Assembly (NCBI GenBank): GCA_005239895.1
Contig: SBBB01000022.1
Location: 4,098-68,097 of the forward strand
Direction of reading: 5' to 3'
From: a bacterium
GTDB taxonomy: Bacteria; Patescibacteriota; Patescibacteriia; SBBB01
DNA length: 64,000 nt
In this document: one piece after another, positions 40,307 to 50,137 of the stretch
Layout of the letters: each line of letters opens with the position of its first letter
Position numbering within the stretch: position 1 is the stretch's first letter
Notes under the pieces: generated by a model
What the model saw: only the letters and a program-made list of their open reading frames with translations
What the model was told of the DNA's origin: nothing
Database searches by the model: none
Translations under genes and position numbers: made by a program

Positions 40307-41194
40307 ATGCTCATCACTTTGAAGCCCTATCAAGTTAAATTATTCGTCTTGAGTGTCTTGCTATTACTCGTAGGGTTTATATGGCAGTTTACAAGCTCAT
40401 CAAATACTAAAAATTTAAAAGTGATTTTCTTGAATGTTGAACAAGGTGATGCCACCCTTATCCAAACTCCTAAAGAAAAAACTATTTTAATAGATGGCGG
40501 GCCAAATGCTGCGATCTTAGAAAAACTTGGGCAATATTTACCGTTTCATCAAAAGAAAATTGATTTAATAATCTTAACTCACCCCCATTCTGATCATGTA
40601 ACTGGCTTAATATCTGTGTTACAAAACTACCAAATAAATTTAATTTTAATGAATGGGGTTAATCATACCACGCCTGAATATATCACTTTCTTAAAATTAA
40701 TTAAAAATAAAAAAATCCCGGTTAATATTGTAGAAAACGCATCTTTTATTGATCTAGAAGACAATATTAGAATGGAAATTCTATATCCTGATCGTAATTT
40801 GGCTAATTTAGACGTAAAAGACTTGAACGATGGCTCTATAGTAACCTACTTAATTGCAAAAAATATTAAATTTTTATTTATGGGCGATGCTGGCTTTGGC
40901 GTGGAAAACAGACTGATGGCATCAAACCTACTTTTACAAACCAATGTATTAAAAATTGGGCACCACGGATCTAGAGAATCTTCGTCCTCTGAATTTTTAA
41001 ATTATGTTCGTCCTGAATTCGCCATTATTTCATCGGGAGCTAACAATCTATTCGGGCATCCCAGTAAAGAACTGTTAAAACGCTTAAACAATCAAAATAT
41101 AAAAACCTATCGTACTGACAAACATGGAGATATTATATTCACTACCAATGGTATAAATTTACAACTTCAACTTGGAAGTCCGACTTCCAAGTAA
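40307..41194 (+). CDS. ComEC/Rec2-like MBL-fold competence protein (stand-alone lactamase domain)
   Basis: NVEQGDA, THPHSDH, KIGHHGS, FGHP and YRTD..G motifs. Confidence 0.88.
   Translation: MLITLKPYQVKLFVLSVLLLLVGFIWQFTSSSNTKNLKVIFLNVEQGDATLIQTPKEKTILIDGGPNAAILEKLGQYLPFHQKKIDLIILTHPHSDHVTGLISVLQNYQINLILMNGVNHTTPEYITFLKLIKNKKIPVNIVENASFIDLEDNIRMEILYPDRNLANLDVKDLNDGSIVTYLIAKNIKFLFMGDAGFGVENRLMASNLLLQTNVLKIGHHGSRESSSSEFLNYVRPEFAIISSGANNLFGHPSKELLKRLNNQNIKTYRTDKHGDIIFTTNGINLQLQLGSPTSK
41170..41192. repeat. REP-like palindrome ACTTGGAAGTC-C-GACTTCCAAGT
   Basis: Identical copy at 43871-43893, variant at 48797-48821. Confidence 0.85.
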
Positions 41195-41299
41195 CTTACA
41201 AGTAATATTGTGTGGCTTGCAAATAAAAGCAAAAAAGATATACTATAAATTATAGTTAAAAGTAGAAAGCTAAAAGCTAGCTTTATAAGCTTAAATCAT

Positions 41300-41632
41300 A
41301 TGTCTAAATATATTGAACAATTCAATGCGTCAATTGAAAAAATATTAGGTAATCTAATTAATAAATATATAGAATTACCCAATGGATGCTTAGCAAGTAT
41401 TACCGACGTGCAAGTGATCTATCCAAACAATCTTGTGAAAATAGGTTTATCTATATTCCCCAAAGAATACGAACAAACAATCTATCAAATCTTCACTAGC
41501 AAAGCGATGTTTTTAAGAAAAAAACTCAGCCAACAAATTACTCAAAAAAAATGCCCGGAAATAAAATTCTATCTAGATAAAACTGAAGAAAATATGGAAA
41601 AATTAATGTCTACTTTTGATAGGCTTACTTAA
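41300..41632 (+). CDS. rbfA: Ribosome-binding factor A (divergent)
   Basis: SITDVQV, FLRKKLSQQI..KKCPEIKFYLD KH-type pattern. Confidence 0.65.
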   Translation: MSKYIEQFNASIEKILGNLINKYIELPNGCLASITDVQVIYPNNLVKIGLSIFPKEYEQTIYQIFTSKAMFLRKKLSQQITQKKCPEIKFYLDKTEENMEKLMSTFDRLT

Positions 41633-42022
41633 AAAAGAAAATATGATTAAAGAATTTTTCAAAATTAAAATATCGGCCAAATTAAATACTAAACTACTTA
41701 AACCCACAGATATTTTAAAAACATCTATAACTCCACCATAATACGCGCGATCAAATAAATTACTGAGGCTAGCTAATATCAATAAGGTTCCAAAAATTGC
41801 GACTTTCGTATTTTTTTTTAATAAAAACCACGCCACACCCGCCAACAATCCCACTATTATTAAAAAATTTAAAATAAAAAATGTGGTAGATGATAAACCA
41901 AAGGCATTATCGGCATTGAGTTCTAAAACAAAAAAACTACTAAAACCAAAATTAAAACCTAGAAATTTAATTAAACGATCTAGAATTAATATCCCTAAAT
42001 CCAAACTAATGACCTTCCACAT
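41603..42022 (-). CDS. lspA: Lipoprotein signal peptidase II
   Basis: N..NAFG, SNLFDR..YGGVID and FNLAD motifs. Confidence 0.85.
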   Translation of the reverse strand: MWKVISLDLGILILDRLIKFLGFNFGFSSFFVLELNADNAFGLSSTTFFILNFLIIVGLLAGVAWFLLKKNTKVAIFGTLLILASLSNLFDRAYYGGVIDVFKISVGLSSLVFNLADILILKNSLIIFSFLSKPIKSRH

Positions 42023-42032
42023 TTTTAAAAAT

Positions 42033-42401
42033 TTAAAGCATTTTTAACTTGGTTTTGCAATCAATGCAAGAGCTGGAAACTGGTCGAGCTAAAAGTCTGT
42101 TAATATCAATTGGTTTATGGCAATATTTACAAACCCCATAAGACCCTGTTTCAATACTTTTCAAGGCATTGCAAACATCGTCATAAGATGATTTTAACAC
42201 TTGTTCTACAGACAGATTAATATCATAAGTTTCTATTTCCGTAACAGATTCGTTTTCAACGTTGCCCAAATCTGGGTACGCAACATTATAAGTATTAGCG
42301 CCCTGAGGGTCTTTTACTGTAATTCTATCTAATTCTGCTTGAATACTATCCCTTTTAGACACTAATTTTTGTTGAATGATAGCTAAAGTCTGTTTATCCA
42401 T
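42033..42401 (-). CDS. TraR/DksA C4 zinc-finger protein
   Basis: GSYGVCKYC...RLLARP..CIDC; start moved to ATG 42401. Confidence 0.85.
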   Translation of the reverse strand: MDKQTLAIIQQKLVSKRDSIQAELDRITVKDPQGANTYNVAYPDLGNVENESVTEIETYDINLSVEQVLKSSYDDVCNALKSIETGSYGVCKYCHKPIDINRLLARPVSSSCIDCKTKLKML

Positions 42402-42421
42402 ATAATTATAAATTCTACTTG

Positions 42422-42578
42422 TCCTCCGGCTTGTCCACCAAAGCCTTGCCTGCCCGTCTAAGTCTTGACGAAGTTGGGGCGTCGGTGGAAGCTCCGCTCG
42501 CCGTTGCGCTCGCCGTCGCATAGCTATGGCGTAGCACGGTAGCCGCTATGGCGAAGCACGGTTAGGAGCGAAGGAGGA
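42422..42578. repeat. GC-rich cluster of nested bulged-hairpin repeats
   Basis: Multiple AAGCCTTG/GCTATGGCG(T/A)AG/GCGAAGGAGG units related to the 7237 and 20451 copies. Confidence 0.65.
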
Positions 42579-43108
42579 AATCGTAAATTAATAATACTCT
42601 ATTATTCAAATTTAAGCAAGTCAAGCAACTCCTTAAATAATCAATAGGCCTTGGTTAAGCGCTGAGTCAATAAATCTATTGTTTCTTACTTTTTAAAAAA
42701 CTCCATAATTTTATATCGAAGCGTTAATCCATTTTTTGAATATTATAAAAGGCATACCGCCTAGTTCTTTTATAAAATAATAATAGCATTTATATGCTGT
42801 GAACAGGCTTATATGCCTTTGTATGTGCTCTTACAATTTCTAGCATGGGTTTTGCAATATGTGCAAAGCACATACTAAAATAAGAGACTTTTGTAATCCT
42901 CTCCATCCCGATTTTTTGACAGAGAAGAAATAACCATTTTTTATTCGCTTTAATTAACAAATAACAACCATAAGCAATATTAAAGCAAATAGTGTCTCAT
43001 CGGTAAGACACCGACCATAAGTCAAAAACAGTAAGATATAATAATAAATATCCTCCTTAAATAAGAATATTTGTTGTTTTTCTAATTAAAGAAAAATAAC
43101 ATACTTAT

Positions 43109-43137
43109 ATTATACACTAAAATAATAATATTGTCAA
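43109..43137 (-). promoter_or_regulatory. Perfect sigma70 promoter with no downstream ORF
   Basis: TTGACA-17 bp-TATAAT on the minus strand. Confidence 0.7.
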
Positions 43138-43153
43138 TAGGTTTATCTAGTGG

Positions 43154-43173
43154 TTGTCCACAAGTTATACACA
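43154..43173 (+). promoter_or_regulatory. Tandem DnaA boxes (TTGTCCACA, TTATACACA)
   Basis: One consensus and one 1-mismatch box, 2 bp apart, between divergent promoters. Confidence 0.5.
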
Positions 43174-43297
43174 GTTTGCTTATTTTACACATAAATTTAA
43201 GTGTTGTATACTTTAAACGAAATTTATTACATTAAACAATTATTACAATAATAGTGAATTAAATGTTTAATTTACTTAAGAAAGGGGGTAAACAACA

Positions 43298-43510
43298 ATG
43301 TACGAATTAAATGAAGAGTGTCCATGTGGATCAGGACAAAAATATGGAGCATGCTGTGGAACTGAAGAATACTGCAATTGTGGTTCAGGTGAAACAGCTG
43401 GTAAATGTTGCTTTGGCACTAGTGAAGATGAAGACACTTTTAATAAAAACTCGGACGATTCCGATGATTATAATAATAGTAATTATAATGATTCAGATGA
43501 AAATTATTAA
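43298..43510 (+). CDS. Small protein with two SEC-C metal-binding motifs and an acidic tail
   Basis: NEECPCGSGQKYGACC and YCNCGSGETAGKCC; SD AAGGGGGT; promoter TTTACA-17-TATACT at 43184-43212. Confidence 0.8.
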   Translation: MYELNEECPCGSGQKYGACCGTEEYCNCGSGETAGKCCFGTSEDEDTFNKNSDDSDDYNNSNYNDSDENY

Positions 43511-43568
43511 AAAACCATTATTTATCAATAATTTTTGATTATTATTTAAACTTAATAATTCCTATAAT

Positions 43569-43859
43569 ATGCCTAATTTAGCCTCGGCTATAAAAGAAGT
43601 TCGCAAAATCAAAACTAAAACAGCTAGAAATAAGGCTTTAAAAACCAAAGCTAAAAACTTAGCTAAACAAACCTTAAAATATGTTCAATCTACACTGAGT
43701 GAGCAGAAAGAATTGGCTAAAACTACCCTCAAATCAGCTATTCAAAGCATAGATAAAGCTGCGAAACACGGTATTTTAAAGAAAAATACTGCTAATCGCA
43801 AAAAATCAGCCCTAATGCACAAGTTTAACAAATTTATCTCTGGTAAAACAGGGAAATAG
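43569..43859 (+). CDS. rpsT: 30S ribosomal protein S20
   Basis: MPN..SAIK and IDKAAKHGILKKNTANRKKS motifs. Confidence 0.95.
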   Translation: MPNLASAIKEVRKIKTKTARNKALKTKAKNLAKQTLKYVQSTLSEQKELAKTTLKSAIQSIDKAAKHGILKKNTANRKKSALMHKFNKFISGKTGK

Positions 43860-43870
43860 ACGATTTGTCA

Positions 43871-43893
43871 ACTTGGAAGTCCGACTTCCAAGT
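43871..43893. repeat. REP-like palindrome, identical to 41170-41192
   Basis: Exact match including flanks CA..AACTT; lies between convergent rpsT and holA. Confidence 0.85.
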
Positions 43894-43903
43894 AACTTCC
43901 ACG

Positions 43904-44902
43904 CTAAATAATCTCTAATTTAGCTATAAACAAAGATAACCAAGATCTAAAATCAACACTTCCTTTTTTATAATCTCGATCTAATTGCAATAACTGATTA
44001 TGAATAGATTCTAGCTGCGCTTTAGTAAAATTATGGCTAAATTTTAAAGCTTTTAGCATTATAAACCTAGGACGATCTATTTTTTGATAAACAATGCTTT
44101 CATCGGCTTTTATTTCTAGTAAAAGTTTAATTTGTTTACTAAATTCTGATAAAAATAAAGCATAACTGGATTTGACCTGCTGCTCTTCAACCAATTTAAG
44201 CGCCAAAACATGGTCTTTTCCTAAAATAGCATCAATTAGTTGCCAAATATTATGCTCTACAGCCTCAATATTAATTAAATTTTGGGCTTCGTCTTTGTCA
44301 AAACTGGGATTATTGTGATGATAAGCAATCAATTGATCAATTATAGTGCTTATTTTCCATAAATTATGTGAACCGCAAGCCAATAATATATCTATAAAAT
44401 GATCTCCTAAAAACTTAGCCACCCCACTATCCGAACGAACTTTAAGTTCATTCTTAATCCACTGTTTCAATTCTGGCTTTTTAAAAAATGTAAATTCTTG
44501 AGTATAATCGCTTTTTTGAAGCAATAATTCAGAAATAGAATTAGTTTTAGCCTTTACTGCTGAGGTTCTTTTTTTAGAATTTTTACCATTTTCAGATTCA
44601 TAAAAAATAAGCAAGGGTTCTTCAGGTGTATTAGTCGCGCGATTTAAATAATGTGTAATTTCATTTTCTAATTCAGGTTTCAGTTTTTGATTTAATAATC
44701 CTGAAATCACAACCATTCGCCTTCTAGTCATAAATGGAGCGGATAAAACGCTCTGCCTAAAAATATCTAGAGTTATTTCACCTCCCTCGAGAATCGCTAA
44801 ATTAAAACCCGTGCTATCTACTTCTCGTAAAAATTTTTCCTTTAATTCATTTAATTTTTGTTTGGAACGAAAGTTGTCTTCACCCCAAAGATAAAAAATC
44901 AT
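43904..44902 (-). CDS. holA: DNA polymerase III delta subunit
   Basis: YLWGEDNF, SAPFMTRRRMVVI, IWQLIDAI and LLQLDRDYKKG motifs; adjacent to rpsT. Confidence 0.85.
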   Translation of the reverse strand: MIFYLWGEDNFRSKQKLNELKEKFLREVDSTGFNLAILEGGEITLDIFRQSVLSAPFMTRRRMVVISGLLNQKLKPELENEITHYLNRATNTPEEPLLIFYESENGKNSKKRTSAVKAKTNSISELLLQKSDYTQEFTFFKKPELKQWIKNELKVRSDSGVAKFLGDHFIDILLACGSHNLWKISTIIDQLIAYHHNNPSFDKDEAQNLINIEAVEHNIWQLIDAILGKDHVLALKLVEEQQVKSSYALFLSEFSKQIKLLLEIKADESIVYQKIDRPRFIMLKALKFSHNFTKAQLESIHNQLLQLDRDYKKGSVDFRSWLSLFIAKLEII

Positions 44903-44915
44903 AAATTAAAAAATT

Positions 44916-47060
44916 TTACTTTTTAATTTCTGAAGGTTTGGCTTGTTTGTAAGATAAATTAATTCTACCTAAATCATCAATATTAATAACCTTAACTAAA
45001 ACAGTGTCACCAATATTTAAAACATCGGTAACTTTAGCTACTCTTTTTGTATCTAATTCTGAAATATGAATTAATCCTTCTTGCTTAGGACCAATCTCAG
45101 CAAAAGCGCCAAAATCAACAATGCGCGTAATTTTTGCCATTAATAGTTCACCAACTTCAGTAACGTGCGTTAAACTTTTTACCCACTGCACAGCTTTTTC
45201 AACCATTTCTTTATTGTTAGAGCAAATAACAACTGTGCCATCGTTTTCAATATCAATCTTAACTCCAGTTTTATCAATAATTTCATTGATCATTTTTCCA
45301 CCCGGACCAATTACATTACGAATAGTATCTGTATGAATTTGCAAAGTAACAATTAACGGAGCGTAAATTGATAATTCCTTGCGGGGTTCAGGGATTATAT
45401 TGTACATACGCTCTAAAATTGTTAAACGAGCCTGTTTAGACTGTTGTAAGGTTTGACTAATAATTTCATCGGTTAATCCTGTGGTTTTAGTATCCATTTG
45501 AATGGAGGTAATACCATCTCTAGTTCCAATAATTTTAAAATCCATGCCGCCGGTTCCATCTTCTAAATCCTGCAAATCTGTAATTATTTTATATTCTCCG
45601 TTGGGGCCCGAAGCTAATCCCATAGCAATACCAGCTACATGTTTTTTAATGGGCACGCCCGCGTCCATCAAAGCCATAGAAGCGCAACACGCCGAACCCA
45701 TAGAAGAAGATCCATTGGAACTCATTACTTCGGACACTACCCTAATAGTGTAAGGAAAAACCTTTTGGTCTGGTAACACAGCCGATAATCCTTTTTCAGC
45801 TAATTCACCATGTCCAATTTCTCTGCGACCTGGTCCACGCAAAGGCTTAGCTTCTCCAACTGAATAGGGTGGAAAATTATAGTGATGCATAAAGCGTTTT
45901 TTGCCCTGCTCTTCTATACCATCCAAAGTCTGCTCTTCTTGAGGCGAACCCAAGGTAACCACGGAAAGAATTTCAGTGTCACCACGACTAAACACAGCTG
46001 AACCGTGCGTGCGCGGTAAAATGCTCACATCCATACTTAAAGGGCGAATATCAGTCAATCCCCTATTATCTACACGCTTGGAATTGGCAAGAATATTATT
46101 ACTAACTTCGTTTTCTACGATAGAGTCAAAAATTCCCGACCCATATTTTTTCAAAGCGTCCTTACAGGATTGATCTTCATCCTGCAAAACCTGTTCAAAT
46201 AATTCACTTTTTAAATTACTTAAAATCTCTTGTCTAGCTACTTTATTTTTATGGGGAGTATTAAATAATTGCTCTTGCAGTTTAGGCTTCACCCAATCAT
46301 AAATTTTACTTTTTATTTTTTCTTTTTCGGTTAATATGTCGGCGCTAATAGCATAATTTTTTTTAGGATACCCAATTTCTTTAGTAATAGTATTAATTAA
46401 AACCATGATTTCGGATAGATATTGTTTACCGGCTTGTAGGGCTTCCATAACAGTTTGTTCGTCAACTTCTTTAGCGCAGGCTTCTAAAGCCACCACTTTA
46501 TCGGGTGTACCAGCGATAGTTATATCCAAAACGGATTTTTCTCTTTCGGTATAAACTGGATTAAAAACAAAACTTTCATCAATCTTGGCAACGCGCACTG
46601 CTCCAATTGGTCCGGTCCAGGGTATTTCGGATAGAGATAAAACCGTAAAAGCTCCAATTAAAGATGGAATATCAGGGTCATTTTCACCATCTACAGATAA
46701 AATTGTTAAAATAACCTGAATTTCAGGCGAAACCTTATTAACAAATAAAGGGCGAATAGCCCTATCAACTAAACGCGCTGATAAAATAGCTTCATCTGAT
46801 GCGCGCCCTTCGCGCTTAATAAACCTAGATCCTTTAATTTTACCAGCCGCGTACAAACGTTCCTCATACTCTACTAATAAAGGTAAAAAGTTTATATTTT
46901 CTCGTATTTCTTTACTCATCACTAAAGTTGCCAAAACTACAGTATCTCCGTATTGAACTGTAGCAGACACATCCGCTTGTCGGGCAAACTGTCCAATTTC
47001 AATTGTTAATGGTTTGTTAGCAAAATTAAGGCTATATTTTTTAGAATTACTAGATTGCAT
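44916..47060 (-). CDS. pnp: Polyribonucleotide nucleotidyltransferase
   Basis: RTHGSAVFSRG, SNGSSSMGS, GGMDFK, KH and S1 domains. Confidence 0.97.
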   Translation of the reverse strand: MQSSNSKKYSLNFANKPLTIEIGQFARQADVSATVQYGDTVVLATLVMSKEIRENINFLPLLVEYEERLYAAGKIKGSRFIKREGRASDEAILSARLVDRAIRPLFVNKVSPEIQVILTILSVDGENDPDIPSLIGAFTVLSLSEIPWTGPIGAVRVAKIDESFVFNPVYTEREKSVLDITIAGTPDKVVALEACAKEVDEQTVMEALQAGKQYLSEIMVLINTITKEIGYPKKNYAISADILTEKEKIKSKIYDWVKPKLQEQLFNTPHKNKVARQEILSNLKSELFEQVLQDEDQSCKDALKKYGSGIFDSIVENEVSNNILANSKRVDNRGLTDIRPLSMDVSILPRTHGSAVFSRGDTEILSVVTLGSPQEEQTLDGIEEQGKKRFMHHYNFPPYSVGEAKPLRGPGRREIGHGELAEKGLSAVLPDQKVFPYTIRVVSEVMSSNGSSSMGSACCASMALMDAGVPIKKHVAGIAMGLASGPNGEYKIITDLQDLEDGTGGMDFKIIGTRDGITSIQMDTKTTGLTDEIISQTLQQSKQARLTILERMYNIIPEPRKELSIYAPLIVTLQIHTDTIRNVIGPGGKMINEIIDKTGVKIDIENDGTVVICSNNKEMVEKAVQWVKSLTHVTEVGELLMAKITRIVDFGAFAEIGPKQEGLIHISELDTKRVAKVTDVLNIGDTVLVKVINIDDLGRINLSYKQAKPSEIKK

Positions 47061-47083
47061 AAACTATGGAATAATTGTTCGAA

Positions 47084-47584
47084 TTACTTGCGAATTAAAA
47101 ACAGTTTCTTATTTTTGCTTAAGTCTGTAAAATCATCGCAATAAAGTTTTAAATTAGCGGAGGTTGTTTCTCCAAAAGCAATAATTTCCGTAAGGTGACC
47201 ATGATATTTCAAATACTCAATTAAGGGAATGTAATCTCCATCGCCGGTTACTAATACGACTACATCCAGATTAGATGTTAAAGTAATAACATCAATACAA
47301 ATTCCAACATCCCAGTCGGCCTTTTTAACTCCACCTGGAAAAATTTGCAAATCTTTCATTTTAACTTCAAAACCCTGGTTACTTAAGGCCTCAAAAAATG
47401 TCTCCTCTTCTTTATTATTAGACTTAATAACATAAGCAATAGCCCTAACTAATCTGCGACCAGCCACGGCAACTTTTAAAATTTCTCCAAAATTTACCCG
47501 ACTACCATATAAATTTTTTGCGGAATGATACATGTTGGCAACGTCAATAAACACACCAACTCTTTGCTCTTTGTGTTTTATCAT
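47084..47584 (-). CDS. NYN-domain (LabA/DUF88) protein
   Basis: VFIDVANM, KADWDVG and TGDGDY motifs. Confidence 0.9.
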   Translation of the reverse strand: MIKHKEQRVGVFIDVANMYHSAKNLYGSRVNFGEILKVAVAGRRLVRAIAYVIKSNNKEEETFFEALSNQGFEVKMKDLQIFPGGVKKADWDVGICIDVITLTSNLDVVVLVTGDGDYIPLIEYLKYHGHLTEIIAFGETTSANLKLYCDDFTDLSKNKKLFLIRK

Positions 47585-47928
47585 ACAATTTTAACGCTTT
47601 CTTCATCTAGATTTTTCAAAATATTTTTAGTTTTTACGGAATGTTCTTTAACGGGGTGATTAGCAATTTTAAGTTTTAGTTTTTTGCTAATATCTAAAAA
47701 ACTAGTATTGTTTGTGCGTTCTAAATATTTTAAAAACCTTCTTCTTTCCCCAACTTTTTTCAATAGACCGTAACGAGAAGAAAAATCTTTTTTATGATCC
47801 TTAAGATGTTTAATTAATTCTTGAATCTCAAATGTTAAAATGGCTATTTGAACTTCCATAGAACCTGTGTCGTGCGCATGTATTCCAAACTTTTTTAAAA
47901 TCTTCTCTTTTGTTTTTTTATCTAACAT
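47581..47928 (-). CDS. rpsO: 30S ribosomal protein S15 with C-terminal extension
   Basis: DTGSMEVQIA and HKKDFSSRYGLLKKVG motifs. Confidence 0.95.
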   Translation of the reverse strand: MLDKKTKEKILKKFGIHAHDTGSMEVQIAILTFEIQELIKHLKDHKKDFSSRYGLLKKVGERRRFLKYLERTNNTSFLDISKKLKLKIANHPVKEHSVKTKNILKNLDEESVKIV

Positions 47929-48100
47929 ATTTTATTATCTTAATACTAAAAATTACTCTATAATTCAGCACTTTCTAAGTGTATCATATATTTCAATTAA
48001 AAGCAAGCCCCTGTTTGATACAACAAAATTCAAGTTTTTAACGCACTACTTTATTAATGATTTTATAGTTTGTGGCATAAAAATTTTACGATCTAATTCA

Positions 48101-48193
48101 CCCGCCAAAACTTACGGCACTTTATCGAATTATATTACTACGCATTGTAGCAACTAATAAATATAATGATTAGAAATTATAAGTTTAGGTGGG
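48101..48193. mobile_element. MITE family 2 (inverted relative to 22834)
   Basis: CCCGCCAAAACTT..AAGTTTAGGTGGG. Confidence 0.75.
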
Positions 48194-48573
48194 TAAACCG
48201 CAATAAAAAACTAAAACAGGGTAATATTATATTTATTACTGTTTACTTTAATTCGTTTAACCTAATTTTTAATAATTACAGAAACTTAACTTGAAATATG
48301 TTTTTTAATTGCCCTTTGGGTTAATACTATCCATCTATGAAATATAATTCTGATGGAATTTATTATTATAGTAAAACCACTTGTGGGTAAAAAATAAAAC
48401 ACAAAAGCCAGTGATTCTTTGGTTATAACAACGAGGCTTAACAAACCTTGGCATTCAATAATAAAAAATAAATATACTCCCTGTTTCAGTATTAAAGATG
48501 CACCTGTTCGCTATCAAGTTGCGAATATTTAAACAAAGCTAGCATACCCTCAACATTGCTAACGAACACGTAA

Positions 48574-48602
48574 ATCATACCTCGATAAAAGCACAATGTC
48601 AA
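48574..48602 (-). promoter_or_regulatory. sigma70 promoter upstream of an ORF-less structured region
   Basis: TTGACA-17 bp-TATGAT on the minus strand. Confidence 0.6.
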
Positions 48603-48852
48603 ACAACTTTGCAAGACCACGTAGCGCTTGTAATTCTATTAATAACAAAGCTATAATAGGACTTAGGAATTAGCTTGTAGCTTGTAGCTGGTAGGGCGTA
48701 ATTGACAGTGTTTAATACCTAGTATTTATAGTTTAGGATTTAGGATTTAAGAATTCCTCCTTGAATTTTGAATTTTGAAAAAATTTATTCAACTAGGACT
48801 TGGAAGTTGAACCTCCAAGTCGTAAAAAGCTACCAGCTACAAGCTAAAAGCT

Positions 48853-50091
48853 ATGTATTATATGTCTATTAAAAAACAAATTCGCAAATTTATCCCCGAG
48901 TGCGTTATTAATAATCTTTGGCATTTACCCAAAGCGGTTTTAATTGCTATACTTTTTAGCTTCCCCGGTCGTAAATTAACAGTTATTGGCGTTTGCGGTA
49001 CAAAAGGTAAAACTAGCACAGCTTATTTAATAACAAAAATCCTAAATTACGCTAAATATAAAACAGCCTTATTTTCAACTGCGGCTATATATTTGGATAA
49101 TAAAGAAACACCCAATCATTTAAAACTTACAACCGCGTCCGCATTGTTTTTACATAAATTTATTACTAAGGCTATTAAAACGAATACCAAATATTTAGTA
49201 CTAGAAGTGTCGTCGCACGCTTTAAAACAATATCGCACGTGGGGAATTCCAATCTCTTATGTAGTTCTAACTAATCTTATGTCCGATCACTTAGAATATC
49301 ATCACACCACAGCTGACTATCAAGACACCCATTTAGTTTTATTAAATAATGTCAATTTAAAACAGGCAATTTTAAATGGAGATGATCCAAATCTAGATCG
49401 GTATACAAAACTAAATTTTCCTAAAACTATATATCATAAAAATGATTCCTTGGATCAAAAATTACGAACGATTAATTTACCGCTTTTGGGTGAATTCAAT
49501 TTTTATAATGCTTTAGCTGCCAGCCACTTGGCTCTAAAATTAAATATTAATTTTGAAACCATTACAAAAGCCCTAGAAAACATCAATAATATTCCCGGGC
49601 GCTTAGAATTTGTTCAAAATCAACCTTTTAAAGTAATAGTTGATTATGCTCACTCAGTTGAATCTCTAAAAACTGTGCTACCAGTTGTGAAAAAAGTAGC
49701 CGAACGTAAAATTATTGTTGTTTTTGGAGCTTGCGGAGATCGCGATCCAAATCAACGACCTAAAATGGGAGAAGTTTTATCTGCATACGCAGATATTATT
49801 ATTATTACTAATGATGATCCTTTTACGGAAAACCCTGAAAATATAGCAAATATGGTTTTAAAAGGTATTAGCACTTCTAATAAATCTAACTTAGTGCAAG
49901 TTTTTAAAATTTTAGATCGTCAAGTCGCTATTGAAAAAGCCCTGTCTCTAGCTGAACCAAATGATATAGTTTTAATTTTGGGTAAAGGAGCTGAACAATG
50001 GCAGGTTTTTAAAGATAAAAAAATACCTTGGGATGACCGACAAATAACCAGGCAATTATTGCAAAAACTGAAAGTTGAAAGTAGTCAGTAA
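48853..50091 (+). CDS. murE: UDP-MurNAc-tripeptide synthetase (MurE)
   Basis: GTKGKTST, LEVSSHAL, PGRLE, VDYAH, FGACGDRD and LGKG motifs. Confidence 0.9.
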   Translation: MYYMSIKKQIRKFIPECVINNLWHLPKAVLIAILFSFPGRKLTVIGVCGTKGKTSTAYLITKILNYAKYKTALFSTAAIYLDNKETPNHLKLTTASALFLHKFITKAIKTNTKYLVLEVSSHALKQYRTWGIPISYVVLTNLMSDHLEYHHTTADYQDTHLVLLNNVNLKQAILNGDDPNLDRYTKLNFPKTIYHKNDSLDQKLRTINLPLLGEFNFYNALAASHLALKLNINFETITKALENINNIPGRLEFVQNQPFKVIVDYAHSVESLKTVLPVVKKVAERKIIVVFGACGDRDPNQRPKMGEVLSAYADIIIITNDDPFTENPENIANMVLKGISTSNKSNLVQVFKILDRQVAIEKALSLAEPNDIVLILGKGAEQWQVFKDKKIPWDDRQITRQLLQKLKVESSQ

Positions 50092-50137
50092 TTAATAATC
50101 AGTAACAAGTAATCAACTACAAGCTACAAGCTAATTC

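Noticed and set aside
42402-42521. Arg-rich N-terminal extension of the DksA-like protein
   Set aside because: It is an open frame through the GC-rich repeat cluster; ATG 42401 fits the family length.
43100-43250. Chromosomal replication origin
   Set aside because: Only two DnaA boxes, no dnaA/dnaN nearby, and GC skew could not be computed; treated as a regulatory site only.
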